A stretch of DNA of 62,872 bases, filler included, from Choristocarpus tenellus KU-1152 (GCA_964200185.2; 11 parts of 11 records of this genome joined end to end with filler, not necessarily neighbours in it), one strand, 5' to 3'; positions 12,663 to 26,600 are shown, numbered from the whole stretch's first letter. Made by a program: numbers and translations. Notes: generated by a model from the letters alone, not told the origin.

Positions 12663-13249
12663 GTCTTTCTAACAGTGTGGCAGTGGAAGATATGAGCCAT
12701 GAGACGCTGGGATTCTTGAATGGGGTCCTCTCCAGAGGTCACAGCCTATGCTGGGTCATGGTGGATAAGGTCGTTTTCACCATCGTGGGGACTTACTGGC
12801 GCCTGGAACGGGTGCTCTGGCAGGTGGTCCACATCTTTTTTGACCATTATATTCTCGCATATATTTTCACCCACTGCTATGTGTCACAGATCTGTCCAAG
12901 GCCACAGCTCAATGTCTTTTGTATTGGGTCACGTTCCTCCCGAGACAGAACAACAATTCCATCCATCCAGCACATCGCTGGAGAAAGCAAAACTGCTGGG
13001 CGGACTTGTCCGGGTGGATTGATGTCCCTGCGGTGGCGGTGCGAGCCGTAGCCGTGTATACGGAGGTGCAGAGGGAGAGGACATGCTGGCGTCAAGAATG
13101 GTGGTGCATAAGGCACAAGCAGCGGCCAGCAAGACCCTAGGGGGTGTGATGGTGCATGCAAGCGGAGGATTTATCTCCTCTGCTGTCCGTGTATATCACG
13201 ATCTATATATATAAGTAAACCCTCCACCATAGAAGAAGGTTGTTCAAGA

Positions 13250-14700
13250 CAATCTTCAGCGAGTGGGACCATCACTTCGACCCCAATCATGGATCGGTGT
13301 CCCTTCTCCATCCGAAGACGTTCTAAGTACAGGTAGAAACCTAGGATTCCAATTATATAGTGTTAAAATCCCCTGACTCAGTAATCCCACCGTTCGTCAC
13401 CCCATCCGTTTCCAATGATTGTTGAGCTGAACCTGCAATTGGTGTTGCTCGGCAATGAAGCCTTACCACCTCAATCTTGGTCTGGTGTTGTGGTAGAGCA
13501 ACAGATAGAATAATACAGGTGCACAATCTGTAGTGCTTGCCACCTCGATTTCAGATAATCGATATCTGGCGTCAATGGGTTCGAACCCGAGAAATCCATG
13601 TAGAAACAGTCTCCTTGACCACTGAGCCATGAGGACGCAGTATTGGTATCCAAAGATTCCACGTGACACGTTGGCAATGAAGATTCTCGACGGATTGACA
13701 GGCAGACAAGAGTGTCTTGCCGGGCCTTGACCGCTTGGAGTGCCTTCCCATATTAGTGGAATCTCCTACACACACATATCATCCACGTATGATGTCGTCC
13801 ACTACACCAGTCCACACATCCATAATATCATTAGCAAACACCACCCAATGCAACGAACCAACTGACCGTATACTTGTAACTTCTAAGGCTCAGGGCCATT
13901 GGGCAGCAATGGCACAGCAGTGGTTATCATTTTCTGACAGCATCATCATTGCCGTGTGAAAAAGGGCTCGTAGAAAAATCCAACTTCAAATATTTCCAAT
14001 ATATTGATATAGCGGTCAAGGACACCAGACAACACCCAAACCTCACTAGCGGACAGGCAAGAGTCAAAGTATTCATGACCTGAAACCTTCGCTGGCATCC
14101 GACAGAAGACTAGGAGATCGCCTTGCTCTCCTGATAAGGATGGGCAGAGCAAGGGTAGTCACCGACATTATTTCGACAAGAACACGTGTCAAAGAAGTAT
14201 AAAACGTTGGTAGTAGAGGACCAATCACCATAACAATGCAATAATGCATTGTTCCTTCCTCAACAAATATAAGAAAAGCTGCACCCCAAACTGAGCTTGT
14301 TGCTTCTCACAAACCTGGAAGGGAGTCGAATCAAAGGATGATTGCCCCACATGTTCTCTCATCTTCTTCAGGGGGGCACCTCGACAGAGTTTGCGAGGCA
14401 CATTGGTTATTGCTACCGTAGAGGTCCCACCCCCGGAAAATCAGTGCTTACAGAAGCACATCCCAAACTTGGGCGATAAGGCAGATATCAGCCCTTGGAT
14501 CCTTGACTATCGGCAGTGCTTGTAAGGAGGAGGAATATTCTCCTTGTCCTCAAGATGTTTCACAATCTGCTGCGGTTGCTCCAGATTGAAAATGAACCCG
14601 CTGTGATCCTCAGTCATGTCTGGGTTGAAAGTGTCGAATCTACTGGTGGTTGAACTCTGAATATTTTACTGCCTGTGCACTACACCAGTCCATGCCTATT
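13250..14700 (-). mobile_element. Highly degenerate Ty3/Gypsy pol relic
   Basis: Minus-strand fragments resemble the RT start (GL*EATSSVWGAAFL, cf. GIIEPSxSPWGAP) and the integrase zinc-finger region (WTGVVDDII...YVC); many stops and frameshifts. Confidence 0.4.
13567..13638 (-). pseudogene. tRNA-like sequence (tRNA pseudogene or SINE head)
   Basis: Minus strand: GCGTC..TGGCTCAGTGGTCAAGG (A box)...GGTTCGAACCC (B box)..GACGCCA. Acceptor-like pairing GCGTC/GACGC, but no proper anticodon arm. Confidence 0.65.
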
Positions 14701-15438
14701 GATGCCCTTCATCCTTCCTGTCTGCCAAATTGTCTATATCCCTAGGAAGATCAGGTGGCCCTTCATCGACTATGCCAGGCTCCCATCCCCCCTCAAGTAG
14801 CCTGGCGTTAGATCTTAACCCACTACCGTCCCCAGAAGCCTGTGGGACACCACCACCAACAATGACAGCTGCTGCAAAATGTTTGAACTTGGGGTATGTT
14901 GAACTATCCCACTCTAGACCTGCGGCTTTTATGGTGCTTTAATGAAGGACAAAGAACAGCATGATGTAGATGAGTAAGGTTAATATTACAGGGGTCTTGT
15001 GGTCTCGATTCCACTGACTGAGTTCGTGGGTGAGACTCTACCCTTAACTACCATCATTACTCTAGTGTGGGGTTTGTAATTGTCTACACTATTTTACTAT
15101 GAATTACTTATTTACTTATCTTAAGTATTGGAAGTGTATCTTGAACATGATATAACCAATCAACACTATGAGTCAGTACATATAATATATCTGTCACTGG
15201 AGTGAAACTATCTTAGAGGGTACGAATTTTTCCTTGTTTGTCCATGTTAAAAAATTGGCTACTCATTTGTTTCTTGTTGATATGATGCACATACTACCAG
15301 CTTGTACTGACTGTTGATTGGTGCACTGCACTGGTTGTNNNNNNNNNNNNNNNNNNNNNNNNNNNNNNNNNNNNNNNNNNNNTTAATTAATTAANNNNNN
15401 NNNNNNNNNNNNNNNNNNNNNNNNNNNNNNNNNNNNNN

Positions 15439-15586
15439 CTATACCAGGGTGTCCATTCGGGCCCTGACCAGGAGAAGTGACTTACATTATCCACCCGACA
15501 ATTGCAACCAAATCACCCAAAAATCGCGACATGGGGAAATGGGCCCCGAATGGACAGTCGCCCCCCCACTCCAGATACTTTGAGCC
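15439..15586 (+). mobile_element. MITE family B, truncated by contig start
   Basis: Matches 49071-49249 and ends CCCC..CAGATACTTTGAGCC. Confidence 0.8.
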
Positions 15587-16524
15587 TCTGGACCCTGGAA
15601 AGACTTCTGGACCAAAGAATTGGGACTAACGGACGACAACAGGATGAGTGAGCCGCCCGAACGACAGGGGGCCTTCATCCTAGGCATCCCAATAAATGCC
15701 CACTTTGACAGTTTCGTGAGGTTATTGAACCCCATCAAATGTGACTTGTTTGGCTTTGCACTGGTGAACCTCCACAATCATGACGGCACGCCATCTCAGA
15801 CTTTGGACGCCTCCCAATCTATATGAGAACTAGGCCTCATCCGGAGGGTATATGATGTGGGTTGTTCCAGGAGAGAATGGAGCTTACAAAGTTATGTTAC
15901 ATGTAATTCCGAACAAAGTATCAAATTTTGGTTGTGGTCTGTACGATGTTATGGAAGTTAAGACTACTGTAAGAGTAGGACTTCTTCTTGTGGAAGAGTG
16001 TGGAGTGTACACATGGGTGGAATTAAATCTCGATACACATGGAGTGTAATGTTGCTTGGGAGTGGTAGACAGGTAGTCACAGGGACAGAACGTAATGCTG
16101 GGGTGGAGTGGAATTGAATTTGCGTATAAGGCGCAATTTTGTGTTGGAAGTTGAGACACTATGAGGCGCAATGCACGGGGAGGGGTGTGCACGTGTTTGA
16201 CACCAGATTTTGTCAGAAAAGAGTGCAGTAGGGTAATGTTGGAAGTCAAGGCAGGTGTAGGAGAGATACGACTTGATGTTTGAGCAGTTTGTACAGTTGT
16301 TGCATGAAGGTAAGGTGAAGGGTGTAGGACGAAGTGTTGTTATTTGTTATTTGACACAGTTGTAAGACTCGAGCAAATGATCTAGGCGGTGAAGATGTTT
16401 CTCTTAGTAGTCTATGGGTATTGTGAAGGGTGAAATGTAATGTTGTCAGTTGACACAACCATAAGATCGGGACTTGTGCTTAAGGTGGCGAAGTGTTTCT
16501 CTCGTTAATTCATGGGTAGCCAAT

Positions 16525-16773
16525 GAGTGAAAGTATCTTAGAGGGTACGAGTCTTGCCCTGTTTGTCCATTTAGGGCTTGGCTTCCCTCGTGGGTTTTAT
16601 GACATTTTCCTATTCCAAAATGTTTCGGAGTAGGTAAAATGTGTATGTTATGAAAAGGTGGATCCGGAACAGGATACTGGCACTTCCTAACAACCAAAAT
16701 TAAAATCAAAATCGCAACATTGGATTTTGGCCCCCAAATGGACGCGGCCCTACCCTCTAAGATACTTTGGCTC
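16525..16773 (+). mobile_element. MITE family A, full copy
   Basis: Both TIRs intact; flanks CAA(T) / CAA(A). Confidence 0.9.
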
Positions 16774-17403
16774 CAAATACCCTTTCCAGGTCGGTGGTGG
16801 ACGGTAATAGTTGAGTTGTTGCCAGAGCATGGCATTCTCTGTTCTGGAACTCGCACTGGATGTTGTGGGGGAACATAGTTCCATACAACCTGGTGTTCGA
16901 AATGCCTCCAATTCTTGCATGTATTTCGTCCACTGCAATGAAGTGCTTCACCCCTGTTGGAGAAGTTATCCTTTTTGGATGAGGACGTGCAGGCCAGTAA
17001 GGTATTGTGATTGTGATTCAGTTGTGTACCATTGTCCCTTAAACAAAGAATCTAGTATGCCGTATCCAAATGTCAACCCGCCTAAGGCCTACACCCTGAA
17101 CCCTCTGATCAGTGGCGCAGGTGGTGGGTATTATAGGAAATTATTTTGTGTTGCTCCATGTAACAGTGTATGGGTTGGGTGCTGTTTTCGGAGGTCAGGT
17201 CGGAGGTCGATTATGCAGGAGTCGCCAAGATGATGGATATGTGCAGCGTCAGTGATACATACCGTAGTGGAGTGTGCAAGTCTAATGGTTACCTCATTTG
17301 TTGTAGTGTAGGAAAGGGTTGAAATTATGGGTGAGATGATTGGTACTTGGTTTGTATGGCTGTGAAGAGATGGTAAGGAAATGCACAGGATTAGTGCTAC
17401 CTA

Positions 17404-17659
17404 GAGTGAAAGTATCTTAGACGGTACGAGTTTTGCCCTGCTTGTCCATTTGGGGCTTGGCTTCCCTCATCTTTTTTTGGCATTTTACCTACTTCAAAAT
17501 ATTTTGGAGTAAGTAAAATATGTACGTTATGAAAAGGTGTGTCTGGAACAAGGATATTGACACGTCCTAACAAACATCAAAGCCAAAATTACATCGAAAT
17601 CGCAACATTGGACTTTGGTCCCCAAATGGGCGCAGCTCTACCTCCTAAGATACTTTGGC
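17404..17659 (+). mobile_element. MITE family A, near-full copy
   Basis: Collinear with 16525-16773; right end eroded. Confidence 0.85.
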
Positions 17660-17914
17660 AATTAATTGGAGTTTGTACTACTATATGAGTGATCCTTGAC
17701 AGAGTATTGGTGTGTCAAAGGGATAACTAAATGTACAACAAGGAGAAGTACCACGTGTGTGAGTGTCAGTCAGTGGTAACCCCAATCCTATGTGCCATAC
17801 TTGATTTGTATTGCTGAATTATGAATGAAGTGTTGATGTTCCCGTCATTGTCTACTGACACGGCTTCCTCCTTTGATGGTTTTCGGAGAGCTGGCGATTA
17901 CCCCTGTTCCTCCG

Positions 17915-18320
17915 TTAGGGGCTTGACTTCCCACGTTTTTTTTATACCCTTTTTTTGGTAATCTGTGAACACAGTAACCTAATCCGAAACATATCGGAGT
18001 AGGTAAACGAGTCAAAGTATCATAGAGGGTAGAGCCATGTCCATTTGGGGGCTAAAATCCAATGATGCAATTTTGATGTAATTTTGACTATCATGTTAGG
18101 AAATGTCAATATCCTTGTTTCGGAGAGCCAAAGTATCTTAGAGGGTAGAGCTGCGTTCATGTGGGGGCCAAAATCCATTGTTGCGATTTGGATGTAATTT
18201 CGGCTATTGTGTTTGTTAGAAAGTGTCAGTATCCTTGTTTCGGACACACCTTTTCATAGCGTACACATTTTACCTACTCCGAAATATTTTGGAGTAGGAA
18301 AATGTCATAAAAACCGTGCG
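17915..18320 (-). mobile_element. Cluster of nested or partial MITE family A pieces (17915-18006 +, 18009-18124 -, 18125-18320 -)
   Basis: Repeated GAG(T/C)CAAAGTATC.TAGAGGGTAGAGC termini and shared internal sequence. Confidence 0.8.
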
Positions 18321-18332
18321 AATGGCGCCGAT

Positions 18333-18790
18333 TTAAAACTTTGTTGGTGTAGCGACATCGGTGACGAAGGTTTTTAGTTCTTCCGTGGTGTCATTTTCCT
18401 TCTTGCCAAAGTTTATCCAATTTATCCGAGCGAGGTCATCAATGAAGATCATTGCATAGTACTTTCCTCCAAAGCTCCGCACTTTCATCGGTCCAGTGAA
18501 ATCGATGAAGAGACGACCCAATTTCTCTGTTGCTCTACTTTATGTCGTCGTCGGTGCTGCATAACGGTGAACCTTGGCTTTAGAGAAACCCTATCTATGC
18601 AGGGGTTTCTCTCACCAATCTGCGTGATTTCAGTTGATCCTGTCGCCTTTCTCCTGATCAGCTCATTTGGGTGTTATGGTAGACAGTGCATCACCACAAC
18701 GTTGTGTTGACCAGCATACATTGCAGTCAGGGCCGTCGTTTGTGCAGCACTCCATTTGACGTCCATCAAGTACAGCTCTTCCCGTATCTT
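18333..18790 (-). mobile_element. Ty1/Copia GAG-pre-integrase and integrase (rve) fragment
   Basis: GRLFIDFTGPMKVRSFGGKYYAMIFIDDLARINWINF is the Copia integrase core start; upstream lies a degenerate MHCLP*HPNELIRRKA (cf. HRRLGHPS). Confidence 0.85.
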
Positions 18791-20684
18791 GCAACAGGTA
18801 GGTGAACAAATAAAACACCCGAACTATCTCGTCCTCTCATCCTTCAAACAGAGCTTGAAGATACAAGATTGTATGCTATATTCGGGATAAATGCGACAGA
18901 CGCCAAACTAACACCCACCTACTCATCGTGGCCAATATTGAAATTTAAATCAATTCTGGCATACCCCATAAAGGGTAGTGATGTGTCATCAACTAATACT
19001 CAAATAACAAATATTTTTTAGAGAGTTATCTTTTACATTCACAACTGTTACTTGTGATACTGGTTAGGCTTTCCCCCTGATACATCTGCAAATGACAGAG
19101 GGGATAATATATAGTAGAATTCTTGATCCCTGGAGTTGGCAGATGTTCTTCAACATACCGACCCAGTCAGAACGTGACACTCATGAGCTCACCAAGAATT
19201 AGACATATGTTCTTTTATTTTTATATAGAATAAATATCTATTTTTAAAATCTCATTTGGTAGTTTTTAAGGTGCCGAATTCACTCTGCTATTAAGTGCAC
19301 ATCGACACACAACTGGATTGGATACGATCAGAACCAAATACATCCACAAGCTTCTCCGCAAGTTAATAAGCCTCTACTCAGAGCATGCACCACTATCCTG
19401 GACCGAATTTCTGAATAGTCCTCTACTTCACAGTAGTATTCGATCAGCTTCGTCACAGAGCATTTTACAAGATTCATGACATTGAATTCAACCAGTACTT
19501 CAGTGCACTAGGTCACCTCTTCCCTTTACAAGGCTTAAATACTCCAATCCTCTACACAGAGAAGTTCGCGAGAAGCAGCGATTCACGCAATTCATGGTTT
19601 TAATATTTACCTTCACATCTCCAATACATCAAACAGATGTGAGGCTGGCAACAGATGTTTGTACGGAGTCAAACCAACTGAAAGGTAGGCAGGATTGCAT
19701 TCTAAGGATCCTGAGAAAGGGCAACGATATGACATTTGGGACAATTGCAGAAAGAGTGTTGAATTGTGGTATCACTTTGAGTGTGGAAAGGGGAAGTATC
19801 AATTTTATAGATTTGCTTACACTACTATTGCGCACCTCAGGTGGAATACAAACGTGACAACATTTTGGAGTGATTGATGATTATGACTAGGAGGTGAGGG
19901 TGGTACTGTATATACTAGGAAGTAAGTAGGGTGTTTGCGTAGCCTACTTTATGAATTGGTTTACGATAAGCCTGGAGAAATCGGCACAAGTAGCACATTG
20001 TGTCTCATTAGACTCAAACCTCTTGTAAGTATTTAAACATGGTTCATACTATAGATTGCTTCACGATAAGTATTTTGGGAGATAGCAATCTGACATCAGC
20101 AGAATGTAAATGCGACAACATTTTGGAGTGATTGATGGTTGTGATTAGGAGGTGAGGGTGGTACTGTATTTTACGATCAACTGACATTTAAACTGTCAGT
20201 TTTTCAAAAATCTTTGAATAAATGTGAAGTGGAAGACACCACAAGTTAATCTCTAAAAAAAAAGGTTAATATCTTTCGCCCCGATGTTTCCAAAAATGAG
20301 CGCGAAGGGATAAACCTTTTGATATAAGAGAAATGTCCAACACATGATGACATGACGGGTGAAACCAGTCACAGGATCAAAGTATCTTGGGGGGGGGGGT
20401 GGTTTGTGAGNNNNNNNNNNNNNNNNNNNNNNNNNNNNNNNNNNNNNNNNNNNNTTAATTAATTAANNNNNNNNNNNNNNNNNNNNNNNNNNNNNNNNNN
20501 NNNNNNNNNNCCCAAGGGCCCAAACAGCAAACTGTCAAAGGGATTACCACAGTTTGACATAGGCAAACAAAAAAACATCAGCACCCCTAGGGAGTCCTTT
20601 TCCCATAGACCAGCATCCCCCCCGGCCCCCGCCCCCCCCCTCTCCCTCCCCCAACTAACCCCCTTAAAAATATTTGTATTGTAC

Positions 20685-23600
20685 CTCAAGATACCACGGG
20701 GTGAACTGTGCCAGGACGTGTACGATGCGTAGACCCTGATATTGGCACTCCTGCACCTTCAGACTTGCCAACCTCTCCCCATTTGATGGGTTCGCCCCAG
20801 GTGTGGCATACATAACCACATCACACCCTAAGGGTTTCAGTGCCCCAGCCACGGCTGTAGCACCATTATTTATTCGCCTTTGAGCCGCCACTCTTTGCTG
20901 CTGCTCTCTATGCTGAGCATGGACTGACCTCACACGCTAATTATTATTAGGGTTAGGGTTATTATTATTGTTATTATTATTGTAGGAGTGGCACAAGAAG
21001 TTGTAGGAGTGGCACAAGAAGTTGTAGGAGTGGCACAAGAAGTCACACATATGGGTGTATTTATGAGTAAGAGGGGAGATGTGTGAGGATAGTAGGGGAG
21101 GTAAGCGTGTAGCACAAAGTGGTGTGAATAAGGAGGAGGGTCATGGAGGGGTCATGGAGGGGCGATGACCATAACTTGCACTGAAGGGGAAAGATGAGGG
21201 TGTGGATCAGGGTGTAACCCGGGCTAGTTGAAGTGCTAACCTTAACCCTAACCCTTGAGATAAGAGTTGCAAAACAAAAACTATTATGTGTAATTCTGGA
21301 AGAGCTGTCATTGAAGCAAGCGAATGGTGTGAGAGAGATTTACTGCTTTACCAATCACCAAGATGCACAGTTAAACCCCACTGAATAATAAGATCAAACC
21401 AATCAAACCAATCATTGGAAAAGGATAAACAAGAAGCAATATGCAGAACATATTCGACTTCATCATACCACAACTACAAACATACCAACATCAGTGAGTC
21501 TCCATACGACCACACTTTGTACGACCCTGAACAAGATGCTATTGCCTTCTAAGGCATTCACACTCCTTCAGATGAAGCAGATTCCACATACCAAAGGGAT
21601 CAGGAGCAGCAAGGTCAAACGAATGCATGGTCACAGCACATAGTATTCACATAGTATTAACATAGTATTAACACGGTACTAACATAGTATTAACATAGTA
21701 TTAACATAGTATTAACACGGTACTAACATAGTATTAACATTTCCTCCCAATACACACAACACACACAGAGGGACGTGGACGCACCTCCTCTGCTGCCACA
21801 AGAGCTGTCTCAAGTCGTGCCAGCTTTGCCTCTGATGCAGCAAGGGCTGCAGTTGCTGCAGCAGCTGCCGCAGCCACCTGAGAATATCTAGAAGAACCTC
21901 CCGCCATTTGTTGCGCTGCAGATGGAGTGGCAGCACCTGCCTGCCCAGGATTCACTTCAGCCAACTGTCCAACCTCCTGAGCTACAGTCAGCCTGCCATG
22001 GCAAGTAGAGGGGAAGGGAGATGGATGGGGGGATTGAGAACAACAGTGTTGGTATGGAAAATGGTAGCTCGAGAAACAATGCACGTTGTGGAGGTACAGG
22101 TCAGGAAAGGGGGTAATGGTTTGGACCATATTTCGTAAAAGGGGGTGTAAGTAGGGCTTGGTAGGGGGATCTTACTGTCAATTGTGCATGAGAGTAGAGG
22201 TGAATCCCTCGCATTAGGCTTGGTCAACAACAGTCATTAGTCCTTCCGGCACACTTCCATCCTGATAATCCCTGATAATCCCTGATAATCCCCACCAAAC
22301 AGTATAAATGCCCCTCCATGCAAATCAATGTTGAATACACCTTGTCCAATCAATCAATAACAATTATGATTGTGATTCTTCACAACAAGTAACTGCTGGT
22401 GTGGTTACCCTAACCCTAACCCTAACCCTAACCCTCTGTTGGCATGTCTAACTGTCAAATACAGAGAGCAAATCTACACTTGTATACAATCAGCTTTTCT
22501 GAAACATGTTCAACTTTGGTCTACCCCTAACCCTAATCCCAATCAGCATGCGCTAGTACTTGAGTTACAAATGTCTCACCTAGCTGCTTCTTGGACCTCC
22601 CTAGCACGCCTGCTGTTGCTCACTGCCAGTACCTGCTTGGCATGTTCAGATTTTGCCTTTTGCAGCTCCACCTCAGCTACAACAGCACCATGCTTTGCTG
22701 CATCAAGCAGGGCTGTCATGTGGTTCGACATAGCTGCCTAAGGACATTCAAGATTGGGTAGGCATAAAATTCAAATAAGGAAGGTGGTGGCAGGATGGAG
22801 CAAGGATTCGGATATTTTCATCAAAGGCTAGGAAAATTATAACAAAAAAACTATAACTTCAGGTGAATGAGGGCAACTGTGGTAGCCCAATAGAATGATA
22901 GATCATGATGACAGTAGGTAAGGACCACCAACACTGCTAGAGAGGGTGCAGAGTGTTGATTGTATGCCAAATAATAAGAAATAAGAAAGGGAAGGAAAAC
23001 CATCTTCACAAGGTACTAAACTCCTTCAAGTTTCAGCCTGAGAGGAGGGAGGCAGGATGCAATCAGGGTCACAGTTGCATTCATGATTGGCACATGGGAG
23101 GATCTATACTGAAGTGGTAGAGCCAATTTCCCATCAAACCTTTGGGTAAGATTAGGATGGGATGTGTTGAGAGATTAAAAGATGGGAGAAACATCAAATG
23201 CACATATTTCCAGCGCATCAGGATTGTTAAGAGTATACAAGTGCTAGTATTAGCATTAGTAGTAGGAGTAGTAGTAGTAGTAGGAGTAGTAGTAATAGTA
23301 ATAGTAATACATGCTTGAAATACAAGGTCAGGTCAAATTACTATGTGGACATACCAGTGGTGATCCTCTGAAAGGTATATCATACCTTTGCTGTATCCAC
23401 AGTTTCTTGGAAGCAGGTCCTCACAAGAGTACCAGTGTAAGCAGCGTTACTCATAACCTCCCTCAGGGGCTTGGCCAGATCTTCCTTGAGAACCTTGATC
23501 TGGGGTACAGTGTGGTAAAAGAAATATGAAATAAAGGCAATAAATAAACGCACAACCAAGTGAACACAAAAAATAGATTTAAAATGAGAGCCTCCCTGGG

Positions 23601-26600
23601 GTAGGGGTACAATTCAAGCAAGACATTAGTAACATAATAATAATAATAATAATAGCAACAAAAATAACAATAATAAAAACAAAAATATCAATAAAAATAA
23701 CAATATTAATGAAAAAAAATATGTAGTGATAGTACAGCACAGTGTTTAGCAGTTCATAAGCTAATCAAATACCTTACAGTCAACAGCAGTACATGTAGCA
23801 GCAACAATACAAATCCTGTGAACCATGGCATCTCACAAGGTAAACTCAAAAACAAGAGGACTTCAGTTGTATCACACACATTAACACCAAGTTCACTAGA
23901 GTGTACTAGTTCGATGACATCAATTAACTAATCTACCACTAACTATCAATAACATCAATTAACAAACCACCACTTACTATCAATGACATCAATTAACTAA
24001 CCTACCACTAACTATCAATAACATCAATTAACTAACCTACCACTAACTATCAATAACATCAATTAACTAACCTACCACTAACTATCAATAACATCAATTA
24101 ACTAACCACCACTTACTATCAATGACATCAATTAACTAACCTACCAATTACTATCAATGACATCAATTAACAAACCACCACTTACTATCGAGGGAAATAA
24201 AATACAAAAAAAACTTGGCATTTTGCCAGGGGATGACCCCAACACTGGAGTGGAATTTTTCAAGTATTGTCAACTTACTACGTGGACTGTGCACACTCAG
24301 AGTACATTATGCACAGAAAAAAAAATTTTTGTGGGAGTTGTAATATTCAGAATGAAAAACCACTACTACCAATGCAAAACAGCACTAGGTGTCAGGGCAA
24401 TCAATGACTTTCCAACATAAATTCAAGAACTATTTCCAATGTAAGGGAACCTGGATGCCTGAGGCTGGGACTAGGGCTTGGGCATTGATAGAAACTGACC
24501 TCACAACAGTTTCCCTTACGGTTTAAAATGATAACCAACAAAGTCAATAGAACAACCCACACTTGATATACATGTTGGGGAACATGCATAAAAATGAAAG
24601 GGCAAAAAGTAGACCAATGAGATGGTCAATGTGTCACATAAATAGGCAATACATTGCATCTACTGTCCACCACGACTTACCACCCAATCTTACCCTAACC
24701 CTACCTACAAACCTACAACTATGGTTGACAAACCTGATCCCTCTCTTCACCATTGAAATAATCAACACCCTCTACCTAAGGAGTAAACAGCAATCAACCC
24801 ATGGACATGCCCAACACAAACAACAGCAAAACACGCCCACAACTGCATATCGCAGGACAACCAACATATTACCAACTCCCCTCACTACCGTCACTCACCA
24901 GCAGGTCAGCCACAGGTGCTTGACCCAGCCTCTCTCTGACGAGGAAGTAGTCCATGGTCTCCCTCACATACCGGTCCAGGTACTTGGTGAGAGGTACTAC
25001 AAAGGGACTTGTAGGGCGACTATAATTTTCGTACCTACCATTGGAAATTGTCACACAAGAGAAACAATCCAAGTACTGTCAGTGCAGTGGATGCGAATCT
25101 AGAATCTCGGGTTGATAAGGTTATGGTTGAGGTGGCCTAGTTCCTGAATACACACATGGGAATGCAAGCAAGAAGTGATGTACTTTTGATAAGGAACAGG
25201 GGCGAGAGACATTGAATTGTAACAACATAGAACAGTCTCCTGTGTCTGCAGGGAACAGAGATAGTTAAAATATCACAAGCAAACTACTGTGAATAGAAGT
25301 AATGGCTAATGGACAGCACGACATCATACTGCATCAAAAAAAGTCAGATGAAGGAAAAAATACATTAATTCATACATCTATATGTATGAATATATCAGAT
25401 CAGCAGAGTACTGGGATCCAAAGCTTAGAGTAAAGTCAGAATAACCCCCAAACCTAACCCTAACCCTAAGTCCTTCTACGCACATTGTGTTCTAAACATC
25501 AAGTACTAGTGCCGTAATCTCACCACAGTATGACTTACATGTGTAAAACCGACTCTAGCTGGAGGGTGAGCTTAACCAAAGGTTCCAGGAACTTTGGGGA
25601 GTGTGGCAGTAGATGGAACAGACCCATAATGGCCGCTGCCACATCCGGTTCCTCTCCCGCCTTCCACCCCTGTACACAAACCCAGACATTTAATCAGCTC
25701 AGCTCAAGTGTTGATTGTGTGTTGATCAATTTTCGGATTATATTGAAATAGAATCAATCACTTTTGGGACAAACAGACAGACACTACCACGCACATAAAT
25801 GCACTACAAAAAAATATCTGCCCCCAGACCTCAGTAAGAGGATCGGAGTTGACAATACAAAAGGCACCCAGGCAAGGCTTTACAACCTTCTAGCACTCAC
25901 CTTTGGGTCTGGAAAAGACTGCAGCTTCACCGGATCAGACCACTGTCGGAGGTAGTCAAACAGCTTGTCTCCCAGCGTGACATTAAACCAGTTGGATAGC
26001 AGGTACAACAAGCGGCTTAGACCCTGCAGCAAAGGCAGACTTAGCTTCTGGATGTGTGTGAGGTTCTTGAGGACCGGTCGAAGGCAAGCCTGAAGCAGGT
26101 CTTTAGGCATGGAGTTCTTATCCTTGAACTGGCGATTGGTGAAGATCACCTGCACCAAAGCCGCCTGAGAAGCGTCCACTACCTGAAATTCAATGGGGGT
26201 GGAGGGAGAAGAAGCGGAGAACTGAATTGAGACAAAGAAAATGCTCAGATTTTTCTGCAAGACGGATCCCTAGACCTGAATTGACAGTGTTCCAAGTGTG
26301 AAGCACACTGTCTACTGGGGTATAGAAAGAGATAATAACCAAGTCTCAAATACTATCATGAACATTGAGTTGCGGCACATCAACAATACAAATTACATCA
26401 ACAATACAACTTACACAACAATACAAATTACATCAACAATACAAATTACATCAACAATACAAACTACACCAATACAAATTACATCAACAATACAAATTAC
26501 ATCAACAATACAAACTACATCAACAATACAAATTACATCAACAATACAAATTACACAACACCTCTACACACCTCACTCCAAGTCCACTGTCCACAATAAC

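Noticed and set aside
15600-17400. Possible LINE fragments (GAFILGIPI; endonuclease-like pieces)
   Set aside because: Too decayed to assign without a search; not listed as features.
23914-24189. ~35-bp repeat array resembling CRISPR in unit length
   Set aside because: Units are contiguous with no unique spacers, it is intronic in a eukaryotic gene, and no cas genes are present.
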